Assembly: GCF_009914755.1 (NCBI RefSeq)
Contig: NC_060941.1
Source: the human T2T-CHM13v2.0 reference genome, Homo sapiens
DNA: 64,000 bases
Reading direction: 5' to 3' (one strand)
This document shows, one piece after another, positions 14,214 through 26,551 of the stretch. Numbering within the stretch: the first letter of the stretch is position 1; every line of letters starts with the position of its first letter. Both the position numbers and the translations under genes were made by a program. The notes under the pieces are model-generated. The model searched no databases and was not told the origin of the DNA. It saw only the letters and a program-made list of their open reading frames with translations.

Positions 14214-14758
14214 TAGTCTAATGTCTGGTCGGTAAGTGCTGTGATGAAAAATAAAGCTGTTAGGGGACAATGAGTGACTGGGGTCAGGAGAGACCTCTCA
14301 CTGGCCCATGAGCACAGTTCTGTATGGAGAGGGGTTGTGTCCAGCAGGGCTCTGGGTGGGCTGGATGGTCAAAGGTGCGGTGGGAGGGAAATGGAGGCAG
14401 AGCCTGGTGATTGTCGGGCGGACTTTGGCATATGGGGTTTTGTGCGGAGGAGGAACCTGATATGGCCTAGATTCAAAACTGTCATTTCAGAGAAAAGACT
14501 CTACCAAGAGAGCCACAGGAATGAGGAGGCGGCTGTCAGGGTGGTCCCATTGAGAGCTGATATGGCCTAGGCCGGGGTGCAGTCACGGAGAAGGTGGAGA
14601 AAGTTCTACCTGGGATGACAGATGCTGCCTATGGGCGCAGGTGGAGGGCGAAAAGATGGGTCAGAAGCTTGGGGCTCCAGGGACTGTGAGGAGGGCAGAG
14701 TCCCTACTGGTCACCCGGGGGCCTCAGCCTCAAACAGGGGGACTTGATGACCTCTTAG

Positions 14759-14930
14759 GCTGCTGCTGCTACTGCTGGTGGTGCTTCTTCCTTCTTTCTT
14801 CTTCCTCCTCCTCCTGTTCCTCCTCCTCCTCTTTCTCCTCCTCCTTTTTTCCTCCTCCTCCTCCTCCTCCCCCCCCCCCTTCTTCGTCTTTGTCTTCGTC
14901 TTCTTTGTCTTCTCCTTCTTTCTTCTTCTT
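14759..14930. repeat. Mosaic triplet microsatellite (CTG)(CCT)(CTT/GTCTT), the degenerate tail of the adjacent antisense Alu
   Basis: Directly visible; contiguous with the Alu at 14931. Confidence 0.9.
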
Positions 14931-15395
<465 letters not shown>

Positions 15396-15428
15396 TGACC
15401 CCATTCCTTCTGCGTGCTCGGGCTGCAG

Positions 15429-15559
15429 CTCATACCCCCGACAACTCCTTCATGGGCTTTGTGTCCGAGGAGCTCAACGAGACGGAGAAGCGGCTCATCA
15501 AAGGCGGCAAGGCCAGCAACATGGCCGTGGTGTACGGCAAGGAGGCGAGCATCTGGAAG
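15429..15559 (+). CDS. MGAT5B: MGAT5B coding exon C: (P)HTPDNSFMGFVSEELNETEKRLIKGGKASNMAVVYGKEASIWK
   Basis: ctgcag|CT acceptor and AAG|gtgagc donor; 131 nt; HTPDNSF motif; lies inside ORF 15392..15694. Confidence 0.96.
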
Positions 15560-16020
15560 GTGAGCGCGGCCCCTGCGCGCGGGAAGCACCAGCCTGCTCG
15601 GCACAGGCCCCCGCCTGGGTCCTGCATCTCCTTCTTCCAGGATGCGGTGCCCTCCTCCCGCCCCAGCCCTGCATGCTGGAAATGTCTCCCATGAACCAGT
15701 TCAGGACAAAAAGTTCCTAACTGCTATTTAAAGACACCCAGCCTAGGAGCTGACAGCTTGTCTCCCGGACTCTCGTAATAAATGATTCCTTAATTGAGGA
15801 CTGTGACTAAATCTTCCACCCTTCCAAGAAACAGATCAATAGACAATGTAAGCCCAGCAAGGGCGTCTTCGGTGGATGGGGGGGTGGTCAGGCTAGACTT
15901 GGGAGTTCTGTGAGATTAGAGGCAGAGAGAAGCAGGAGAGGCTTAGAGATTAGAACCCCATCTTCAGGGTTGGGGGCCCCAGAGAGGAGCTGCCTGCATG
16001 GGGTGTTGTCTGCGAATCAT

Positions 16021-16027
16021 CACTAAC
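16021..16027 (+). promoter_or_regulatory. Near-consensus branch point CACTAAC for the microexon
   Basis: Matches YNCTAAC; lies ~50 nt upstream of the AG at 16074-16075. Confidence 0.75.
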
Positions 16028-16075
16028 CTGCTGTCTCTCTCTCTGTTCCTTGTGCTCCCCCTGGCCACGAGGCAG

Positions 16076-16081
16076 CTCCAG
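16076..16081 (+). CDS. MGAT5B: MGAT5B 6-nt microexon CTCCAG encoding Leu-Gln
   Basis: CACTAAC branch point (16021-16027), CT-rich tract, cag|CTCCAG|gtatgg; phase 0-0; gives IWK-LQ-GKEK, matching the 792-aa MGAT5B isoform as I recall it. Confidence 0.88.
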
Positions 16082-16489
16082 GTATGGAAACCGCTTGCCG
16101 CCTGCCCCCTCTACCCTCTGCTCCCTTCCCCTCTCCAGCAGCCGCTCCAGGGGTCTCTCCTTGTGATGTTCTCCTGACTCAGGCTCTCTGGGGCTTGTGG
16201 CTCCTGTGGATGGACCAAGGTGGGGAAGAGGGTGATGGGGACAGCAGGGTCCTAGGAGCCGTCTTTCCTGGTTCCTCTGTCACAGGGAGGCAAGTCCCGG
16301 GAGGTCAAGGTCCTGCTTGGCATGGCCACAGGGCAGCCCTTGGGCATGAGAGGGACCAGCGTTGGATGGGTTATTACATCAAGCAGGTGGCATGAGGTCA
16401 AGGTTAATAACGAAGCTACTGATCAGGGGAAGCCCCTGTATCCTACATCAGGCCTGTTACATGATTATTGGATTTAATCACTCTCCCAG

Positions 16490-16860
16490 CTGTACTGGTT
16501 AGGATTAGATCCGGCTGTCGCAGGGAAACCCCAAAATAATCGTGATTTAAACAAGATGGAAGTATATTTTCTTTCCTGCTTGCAAATTTCAGAGGTCGGG
16601 AGGGCTGGTGTGGCGTTCCCCGGGGTCTTCTTACCTTGACCCATCGTGTTTAGTTTCCACCTTGGCCTTGCCTCATGGTTCAAGATGGCTACAGGTATTC
16701 GAGTCATTATATCTGCATCCCAGCCAACAAGGAGAAGGAAGGAGCAGAGCGGGACACCACGTTTCCCACACTGCTCATCAGCTCCATCTTGGCCACAGGG
16801 CCATGCCCACTTCCAGGGGATGCTGGGTGGCATTATTTCCAGGCAGCTCAGCTCAATGTG
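16490..16860. mobile_element. Old MaLR LTR (MLT1J/K-like) fragment
   Basis: aaaccccaaaataatcgtgatttaaacaagatggaagtatattttc...catggttcaagatggct is characteristic of MLT1. Confidence 0.55.
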
Positions 16861-18608
16861 CCCAGCCCTGTTCTGGGTTCTATGACTGAGGAAGGAGGAG
16901 AGAAGGAGGACTCAGGGGGATCTCACCGTCTGGGTTGTGTCCACCCAAGACGCTACTGTTCACTGAGAGCTTGCTATGTGCCAGGCATTGTGCTAAGGGC
17001 TCACGTGCATCTCTTATTTAACCTTCACACAATGAGGTAGGTGCTGCATGTGATCCTGCCCACTCTACAAATGAGGACACCAGGGCACAGTGGGTTAGAA
17101 GGTGACCCATAGCTAGTAAGCGCCGAGCTGATGTTCCAGCCTACATCAATCTAAGTCCAGAGCCAGGGGTGCTTGGCCCTGACCCCACAGCCTGTTCAGC
17201 ATTATGAAGCCTTGGAGAATGGCAGAGAGAAGGCTTGAAAGCAGGAATCAAGGTCCAAGACCTCTGCTGAGATGTCAGAGGTCACTGTGGGGTGTGGAGC
17301 GGGGAGCTGGGAGATGAGGCTCCCCATGCCGATTGCCACAGCTGCAGGGAAGCCCGGGAAGCTGTGGGCACTGGGCGCTGGAGAAGAGGGCAGAGTCGGA
17401 GGGTCGTGGAACACACAGGGTCTACTTTTATCAGAAAATGCTGTTAAGAAACTGGCCCAAGAGAATGAGAGGTTATGAAGTCTGGAAAGAGAAAGGTTTT
17501 ATCTCTAGCGCTGGAACTTCTGTGATAGCCCGAGGCAATCCTGTTCAGCTAGAGACCTCAAAGAAACTGCTTCCAAAAAAAGACATCTTTGCTCTGGTGT
17601 TTGTAACCAAAGGAAGTCAGAGGTGGCTGGATGGAGAGAAAAATGAAAGCAGCATCTTGGGAGAGATGCCTTCCAGAGTACAGGGGATCAGGTGGCCGAG
17701 AAGCAGAGGAGGAAGGAGGGGAGATGGAAGGTCAGGTCATTTATCATCCTTCCAGGGAGCAGGAGCTGGGGACCCAGGGCAAGGCGTTGGTTGAACTTTG
17801 TGCTAAGCGGGTCTGTCTTATTCTGCATTCCCCAGAAAGTGGAGCCTGAGGCTAAGGCTTAGGTGCTATTTTAGTAGAGTGTAGTCCCAGGAAGCGAGGG
17901 GTGAAGGATCAAGGGAATGAAGCAGGAAGGAGGCAAAGGCAGCTGGTTCAGGCCCGGGGCAAACCCACCCTCATCCCTGGAGGAAACATTCCAGGCCCTC
18001 AGACAGTCATCTGGGTGAGCTTGGGTGGAACTTTTCAATCCGTAGGTGGCAACCCATGGATAAATTGTGAAGCCAACTCAGGGAGTCTTGACTAGCCTTT
18101 TTGGTTCGTGTACAATTTTTTGTAGAAACATATGCTTTCATTTCTCCTGGGTAAATGCCCAAGAATATCATGGCTGGTTAATACTGTAGAAGTGTGTTTA
18201 ACTTTTTTTAAAAAGGTGGTCATGCCATTTTATAGTCCTACCAGCAATGTACGAGGCTTTCAATTCTTGAACAAATTCATCAATGCTTGGGATGGTCAGT
18301 CTTGTAAATTTCAGCCGTTCTAACAGGCATGGAATGGTGTCTTCTTGTGGTTTAAACTGGCATTTTCCTAATGACTAATGATGAAGATATTTTTGTGTGT
18401 TTATTTGTCTTCCATATATCTTTTTTTTTTTTTTTTTTTGGTGATGTGTCTTTTTAAAAACTTTTGCCCATTGAAAATATTAGGTTGTTTATTTTCTTAC
18501 TATGGAGTTGTTAGAGTTCTTTATATATCCTGGATCCAAGTCTCGTATCAAATATATGCTTTATAAATATTTTCTTCTAGTCTGTGGCTTGTCTCTCTCT
18601 TTTTAAAC

Positions 18609-18766
18609 ATATATATATTATATATATTATATAATTATATATACTATATATTATATACATTATATATTATATAATTATATATACTATATATATTATATAC
18701 ATTATATATATTATATATTATATAATTATATATACTATATATTATATACATTATATATATATATAT
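18609..18766. repeat. AT-rich tandem repeat, about 3 copies of a ~40-nt unit tatatattatataattatatatactatatattatatacat
   Basis: Directly visible; forms the tail of an antisense Alu monomer (18770-18896). Confidence 0.92.
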
Positions 18767-18923
18767 GTAGATAGAGACAGAGAGACGGGGTCTCATTATG
18801 TTGCCCATTCGGGTCGCAAACTCCTGGGCTCAAGCGATCCTCCCGCCTCAGCCTCTCAAAGTGCTGGGTTACAGGCATGAGCCACTGCGCCTGGCCTTGT
18901 CTTTCTCTTAACAGTGTCTTTCA

Positions 18924-19247
<324 letters not shown>

Positions 19248-20094
19248 TTAATTTTAATGAAGTCCAGTGTTTTCTTTTAGGGATTGTGCTTTTGGTGTTG
19301 TATTTAAGAAATCTTTGTCTAACCCAAGGTTACAAAGATTTCTTTCCTGTTTTTTTGTATAAGTTTTATAGTTTTAGGTTTTGCATTTAAGTCTGTGATC
19401 CATTTTGCATGAACTTTTACATATAATAAGTAAAAAGTTCTTTTACGTTTTTGCGTGTAGATATCATGTTACATGACCATTTATTGATGAAACCATCCTT
19501 CCTCCACTGAAATGTTTTGCACCTTTGTCGAAAATCAGTTGACCACACTGTGTGTGGGTCTATTTCTGGAGTCTGTATTCTGTTCCATTGATCTGTTTGT
19601 CTATCTTGATGCCAATACCACGCTATCTGGATTACTGTAGCTTTATAATAAGTCTTGACATCGGTAATATAAGCCTGCTAACTGTGTTCTTTTTCAAAGT
19701 TGTTTTGTCTATTCTAGGTTCTTTGCATTTCCAAATGAGTTTTAGAATCAGCTTATCAATTTCTACAAAAAAGTACTGGGAGTTTGATTGGGATTTCAAT
19801 GTTTTTTTTTTTTTTGAGTTCTGGAAAATGAATATGAAAAATTGTAGAGATAATTTAAGATCAAGGATGACTCTATTTTACTCCAGAGAGAATTTACTTT
19901 TACTCTTGGCTTGTAGCTGGGGGCCCTAGCAATCTCGGATCACCTTGATCAATATGGTGATTAAGACAAAATGGATTCAGCCCCTGCAAGGACTGGTCTA
20001 GCTCTGTTTCATCCTTTTCTCTAGGGTGGAATTCCTCTGAGTTCTAATTCCAAATATGGAGCTTCCATCAGAGGTCCCCCTCCTTCAATGAAAG

Positions 20095-20428
20095 AAGGGA
20101 TGGGCAGATAAGATGGATGAATGAGAGGATGGATGGGTAGATGGATGAGTCGATGGGTGGATGGGTGAGTGGAGGGATGTGTGAGAGGGATGGATGGATG
20201 AATGGGTGGGTGGATGAGTGGATGGGTGGATGTTTGAGAGGGATGGATGGGTGAATGGATGGATGGGTGGGTGGACGCATAGAGTTATGGGCAGGTGGAC
20301 AAATGGATGGATGGATGGATGCATGGATGGTGGGTGCATGGATGGATGGTGGGTGCATGGATGGATGGTGGGTAGATGGATGGATAGGATGGATGGGATG
20401 GGTGAGAGAGAGAGATGGATGAATGGAC
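20095..20428. repeat. Degenerate (GGAT/GGGT)n simple repeat
   Basis: Directly visible. Confidence 0.93.
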
Positions 20429-20783
20429 TACAGAGAGCTCCACAGCTCCTCAGAGGAGCTTAGAGGTCATTAGGGGTTCAGCAGATGCCAAGTGGCACCA
20501 CGTGAATCCATTTAAATGTTGGTCCCCATAGGGTTCCTTTGGAAAGAAAACAGTTTCATGGCTAAAAGTAATCCTGAAGCCTCTGCTCTAGTCCAATCTC
20601 TGCCATTCATAGGTTTTCAGGGCCAGAGAGGGGCGGGGCCTTTCCCAGTGTCCCACAGCCAGTTAATGGCCAACCTGAGACTGGGTCCACATCTTCTGAC
20701 TTCCAGACCAAAGGGATCTCCTCCATGGACTTTGCCTTCTGTGGTTTGCATGTGGTTCCCATCTCCTCCTCTTCTTTTTCCAG

Positions 20784-20939
20784 GGGAAGGAGAAGTTCCT
20801 GGGCATCCTGAACAAATACATGGAGATCCATGGCACCGTGTACTACGAGAGCCAGCGGCCCCCCGAGGTGCCAGCCTTTGTGAAGAACCACGGCCTCTTA
20901 CCGCAGCCTGAGTTTCAGCAGCTGCTGCGCAAGGCCAAA
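20784..20939 (+). CDS. MGAT5B: MGAT5B coding exon D: GKEKFLGILNKYMEIHGTVYYESQRPPEVPAFVKNHGLLPQPEFQQLLRKAK
   Basis: Strong pyrimidine tract ttctttttccag|GGG and AAA|gtgagc donor; 156 nt, phase 0-0. Confidence 0.96.
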
Positions 20940-21483
20940 GTGAGCTCCCATCCCCCGCACCATTCTCACACTTGCCGGCTGCAGACACTGAGGTCACCAC
21001 CCATGCCTGCCACCACCACTCAGGCCCCTTCCACATATGGACATACCCCAGCATGCTCTGCTGCCCTGAGCCCCACATCTGGCCAGAGCCCAGGGGCAGA
21101 GATGTGGGTGCCCACCAGGCAGGAGAGGTCCTATAGAGAAAGGGACCTGGGCAGGGCCAGCAGAGCAGCAGAGCCGTGGCTCAGTGATGGGGAAGTAGAG
21201 TTGGACTGCCCATCCTCCCCCTTGCAGTACCAGTCCAGCCAAATGGACTCCTGGGTCAGGCCTAGCTTTTGGAGACACTGAGCTGGGGGGTGGTTGGGTG
21301 GGTGGAGAGAAGGGTCCTGGCTAGAGTGCCATTGAGCCACTAGTCCTGAGTGACTGCTTCAGGTGTCCCTGAGCTGTACTGCTGGAGCAGCAGTTGACAC
21401 AGTGGGCAAAACCCTGACTGGACCCTGGAGTATCAGCTGAGGCTGGAGAGTCTCCAGCCAGCTTCTAGGCACCCCCTCACCCT

Positions 21484-21774
21484 CTTTTTTATGAGACAGG
21501 GTCTTGCTCTGTCACCCACGCTGGAGTGCAGTGGTGCAATCAGGGCCCACTGCAACCTTATATTCCTAGGCTCACACAGTCCCCTCACCTCCACCTCCCG
21601 AGTAGCTGGGACTATTGGCATACACCACCACACCTGGCTAATTTTTAAATTTTTTGTAGAGATGGTGTCTTCCTACATTGCCCAGGCTGGTGTCAATCTC
21701 CTGGGCTTAAGCGACCCTACCACCTCGGCCTCTCAAAGTGCTGGGATTACAGATGTGAGCCACTGCACCTGGCC
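21484..21774 (-). mobile_element. Alu (AluJ-like)
   Basis: Antisense Alu dimer. Confidence 0.9.
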
Positions 21775-21826
21775 CCAGGCCCTCTCTTGATCTCACCATA
21801 GCTTGTTTCCCAAGGCATCTTGGGGG

Positions 21827-21828
<2 letters not shown>

Positions 21829-21870
<42 letters not shown>
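21829..21870. repeat. (GT)21 microsatellite preceded by a G-run
   Basis: Counted directly. Confidence 0.97.
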
Positions 21871-21871
<1 letters not shown>

Positions 21872-22011
21872 GGGGGCAGTGGAGATGCTTGCATGCAGTG
21901 AATAACCTGAACAACCTCACAGAACAGCCCTGGATTCAGAATCATTTATTAAGTGCCTTTGAGGCCAGCCCTGTGCACTCCTAGCACAAGTTACTTAAAA
22001 AATAATAATTT

Positions 22012-22770
<759 letters not shown>

Positions 22771-23201
22771 CACACAAGTTAGATGCTGAATAAATGTTTT
22801 TGGGATGAGTGAGTGAGGTTCCTGGAGGTCTCTTGCAGGTGCGGGCCTGCAGCTTTCTTGGCCTGAAACCCTTGTTCTTTTCTTCCTCCCTCCACAATCA
22901 TAAATCATAGCCTGATAGAGCAAGAAGAGACCATTGATAATACCTAATTAGACCCCCTTATTTCACAAATGGGGAAACTGAGGCCCAGAGAGGGGAAGTG
23001 CTTGCCCGTGGCACAAGATGTTCTGGGCTGGCTTTTCCAGCCCTGTTATAGCTCACATAACAGGCTGAGCAAAAATAATCGCTCCAGGCCCAGCTGCCTC
23101 CTGTGAATATCCCGAAGCCTCACCTTGTCCCCGGCATCCTGGTGCTTACTGGGCTGTGGCGGCCCAGCCCTCCCTGATCACTGCGCCCCTTGACTCTGCA
23201 G

Positions 23202-23348
23202 CTCTTCATCGGGTTTGGCTTCCCCTACGAGGGCCCCGCCCCCCTGGAGGCCATCGCCAATGGTTGCATCTTCCTGCAGTCCCGCTTCAGCCCACCCCAC
23301 AGCTCCCTCAACCACGAGTTCTTCCGAGGCAAGCCCACCTCCAGAGAG
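23202..23348 (+). CDS. MGAT5B: MGAT5B coding exon E: LFIGFGFPYEGPAPLEAIANGCIFLQSRFSPPHSSLNHEFFRGKPTSRE
   Basis: ctctgcag|CTC and GAG|gtgagt; 147 nt; YEGPAPLEAIANG resembles the GT-B nucleotide-sugar binding helix motif. Confidence 0.97.
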
Positions 23349-23531
23349 GTGAGTGGAAAGCATCCTGGTCCCCGATCAGGAGGGGCCGGGACAGAGACCC
23401 CTGCAGGTCCTGGAAGAGGCAGACTGAGATGTGGGGCAAAAGGAGATAGGACAAGTGTATGGGGTACCTTTCTTTGTCCCTGTCCCACTGGCAGGCACGG
23501 GGGGCATCTGCAATCTCTGTACCCTTGCCAG

Positions 23532-23648
23532 GTGTTCTCCCAGCATCCCTACGCGGAGAACTTCATCGGCAAGCCCCACGTGTGGACAGTCGACTACAAC
23601 AACTCAGAGGAGTTTGAAGCAGCCATCAAGGCCATTATGAGAACTCAG
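23532..23648 (+). CDS. MGAT5B: MGAT5B coding exon F: VFSQHPYAENFIGKPHVWTVDYNNSEEFEAAIKAIMRTQ
   Basis: cttgccag|GTG and CAG|gtgaga; 117 nt; SQHPY motif. Confidence 0.96.
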
Positions 23649-24378
23649 GTGAGAGCAGCCACATACAGTTGAGACCCCCCACTAGTCCACACTGCTGGTC
23701 TTCACTCTGATTAGAAAACGGTGCCCCCCTCTGGGTGAGTTCAGACTTGCAGGCCTGGGTTGGCAAAGGTGTCCATCCCTCCCGTGGTCAGACACAGCCC
23801 TGAGCCAGGGCATGTGGATTGGAGAATGGAATGGGGGATCCCATTCATCTACTCAGGTGTGATGTGTGGGGAATGCCTTTGTGCAGTGAGCAACCTGCAC
23901 AACCTTACATGGCAGCCCTGGATCTCAAATTGTTTATGGAGCACTTTTGAGGGCCAGGTGCTAACTGAATGTTTTCACGATGGATGTGTGGAGGTTCTTG
24001 AAACTGCTGCAGGTGTGGCTTTGCAGCCTTTACACAGCACATTTCAAAATATAATGTGCATACAGAGCGTCTGTTAATGCGGGGCAACGCTTCGAGTAGC
24101 AAGGGGGCAGAACACTCTGGGTCTCCAGCGAACGTGGGTGCTGGTGTGTGTAGGTGCACATGTGTGGGCTGGGTGAGAGTGAGGAGGGGCTTGTGCCTGA
24201 TGCTCATCTCCGCAGTGGACATGTTTGTGGCTTTTGATCGTGCCTTGTGCTTGGCTGGTTCCTTCATTCTGGGGAGGCTCAGACCTGGTGAACGAGAGAG
24301 CCTCCTCTCACTATGGTTCTCCTGGATCCCCTTCTTGCTATAGCTCAGATGATAGGCTGAGCAAAAATAATTGCTCCA

Positions 24379-24480
24379 GGCCGGGAATGGTGGCTCCCGC
24401 CTGTAATCCAGCACTTTGGGAGGCCGAGGCGGGCAGCTCACTTGAGGCCAGGAGTTTGAGAGCAGCCTGGCCAACATGGC
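24379..24480 (+). mobile_element. Truncated Alu left-arm fragment
   Basis: ggccggg...ccaacatgg with no A-linker or tail. Confidence 0.85.
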
Positions 24481-25045
24481 AGGTTTCTCAAAGTCAGGGA
24501 CTGTCTGAGATTGGATTCCTCCAGGAAGTAACATGAAAACAGGGATTTTAGCAGTAGCTTATTTGGGAGGCAACCCCAGGAAGCAGGCACGGAGGTGCCA
24601 GGTGAGGCAGGGTGTGTATCAGCAGGTGGCACCTGGAGCTCATCACCACGGGGGCCTCTGCAAGATGGGGTAGGTCACATCCCAGAGCTGTCCTGCCCGA
24701 GGAGAAAGAGGCTAGGGTAGGTATCCTCCTCTTCCCATCCATCTGTGGCTGAGGGTGGTGCCTGGGATGCCAGTTCCTGACACTTTTGGCCTGCACACGG
24801 ATGGGCTCGGCAGGTCAGAGACAGCCTTGAGGTGGAGTCACCGGTGACGGAGGGTGGGGCGCTGATGGCCCTGCTGCAGGGAGAGGTTGTGTGACCTTGT
24901 AATGCTGGATCCTAGCAAAGCACCGGCCTAGACAGAGTGGGGAGGGATAAAAAGCTCCCTTGCTAGCTCTCAACGCAGTGTTGTCCCCTGTCCTGGGCTG
25001 GTGGCTTAAGTTCTGGCAAGGCCTTGTAGAGCAAAAGCAACTAGA

Positions 25046-25409
<364 letters not shown>

Positions 25410-26384
25410 TTATAGGCTTAAATGGGGCTAGAAGTACCAGTGCCAGGAAGAAGGCCTTAGGTAGGGACCTCAGTGCATAGGAAAGAAGAGTGAAGGGGGT
25501 TAACTGATTAATTTCACTGCTGGAAACTGACCAACCCCAGCCCCCTGCACGGGGAAGCTGGCAACAAGGCGTACAGGTAGGCAAGGGGGCTCCTGTCACC
25601 CCACAGTCTCCTCCAGCTTCTTCTCCCACTTCTCCACCCACCTCCCTCTGCTCTCCTCCCTCTCCCCTCCCCTTGCAAACCAATCCTCCAAGACTTCTCC
25701 TGCAGAGGGGCTCGGGCAAGGCTGGGGAGGGGGACTACATAGACTTTTCCAATGTGGGGAGCAGCGTTTGGCCCAACCTCCAAGACACATTGTTAAGCTA
25801 AAAGAGCGAGACACTCCACCTTGGGGATAACTTGCCCCCCCACCCCGGGAGGCCCAGAAAGCGGGGTCGGGGGAGGGCTGTGTGCATGAAGGTACTGGGA
25901 TAGTCGCGGGTGTTTCTGGTGGGACACACAAGAAATTGATAACTGGGGGAAGGACTGACTGTCTGCGGTGAGAGGAAACTTCCCTTTCATTGCTTTCCTG
26001 TTTGATTTTTTTTTTTACATGAACATCTGTTTAATTTTGTTAATTAGTTAATTAAAAAATAACAATTACAAAAGGATTAAGGAAGCAAGGTATTGCAAAT
26101 CTGACCAGCTGAGATTTGTGCTGGGCCCCAAACCAACGGAGGCCCCTCTGCCTTCAGACCCCTCCCTTCTGTGGGCCCCACCCCTCCGCATAACAGCTCA
26201 CCCCCTCAGCTCACAGCAGCTCAAAAACATTTATGTGCCCAAGAGTCACCCGGGGGGAGGGCCTTAAATGCAGATCCTCGAGCCTATCCCGCACCTTCCC
26301 ATTTAATAGGACCCAGCTTCGCGTGGGAATCTGCATTTTAAACAAGAACTCTGGGTAATTCTAATCTTCCCATTTTATTATTTT

Positions 26385-26551
26385 TTTAAAATTTTCTTTT
26401 TATATTATTTGAATAGAGATGGGGTGGGGTGGGGGGTGGGGGGTCTCATTTTGTTGCCCAGGCCAGTCTCGAACTCCTGGGCACAAGCAATCCTCCCGCC
26501 TCGGCCTCCCAAAGAGCTGGGATTACAGGCATGAGCCACCATGCCCGGCCT
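26385..26551 (-). mobile_element. Alu monomer (FLAM-like) next to a MER5-like DNA transposon remnant (~26230-26365)
   Basis: Antisense left arm; the upstream aaatgcagat...gaatctgcattttaaacaag is typical of MER5. Confidence 0.75.

Noticed and set aside
19552-19929. 125-aa hydrophobic ORF
   Set aside because: Antisense translation of a decayed L1.
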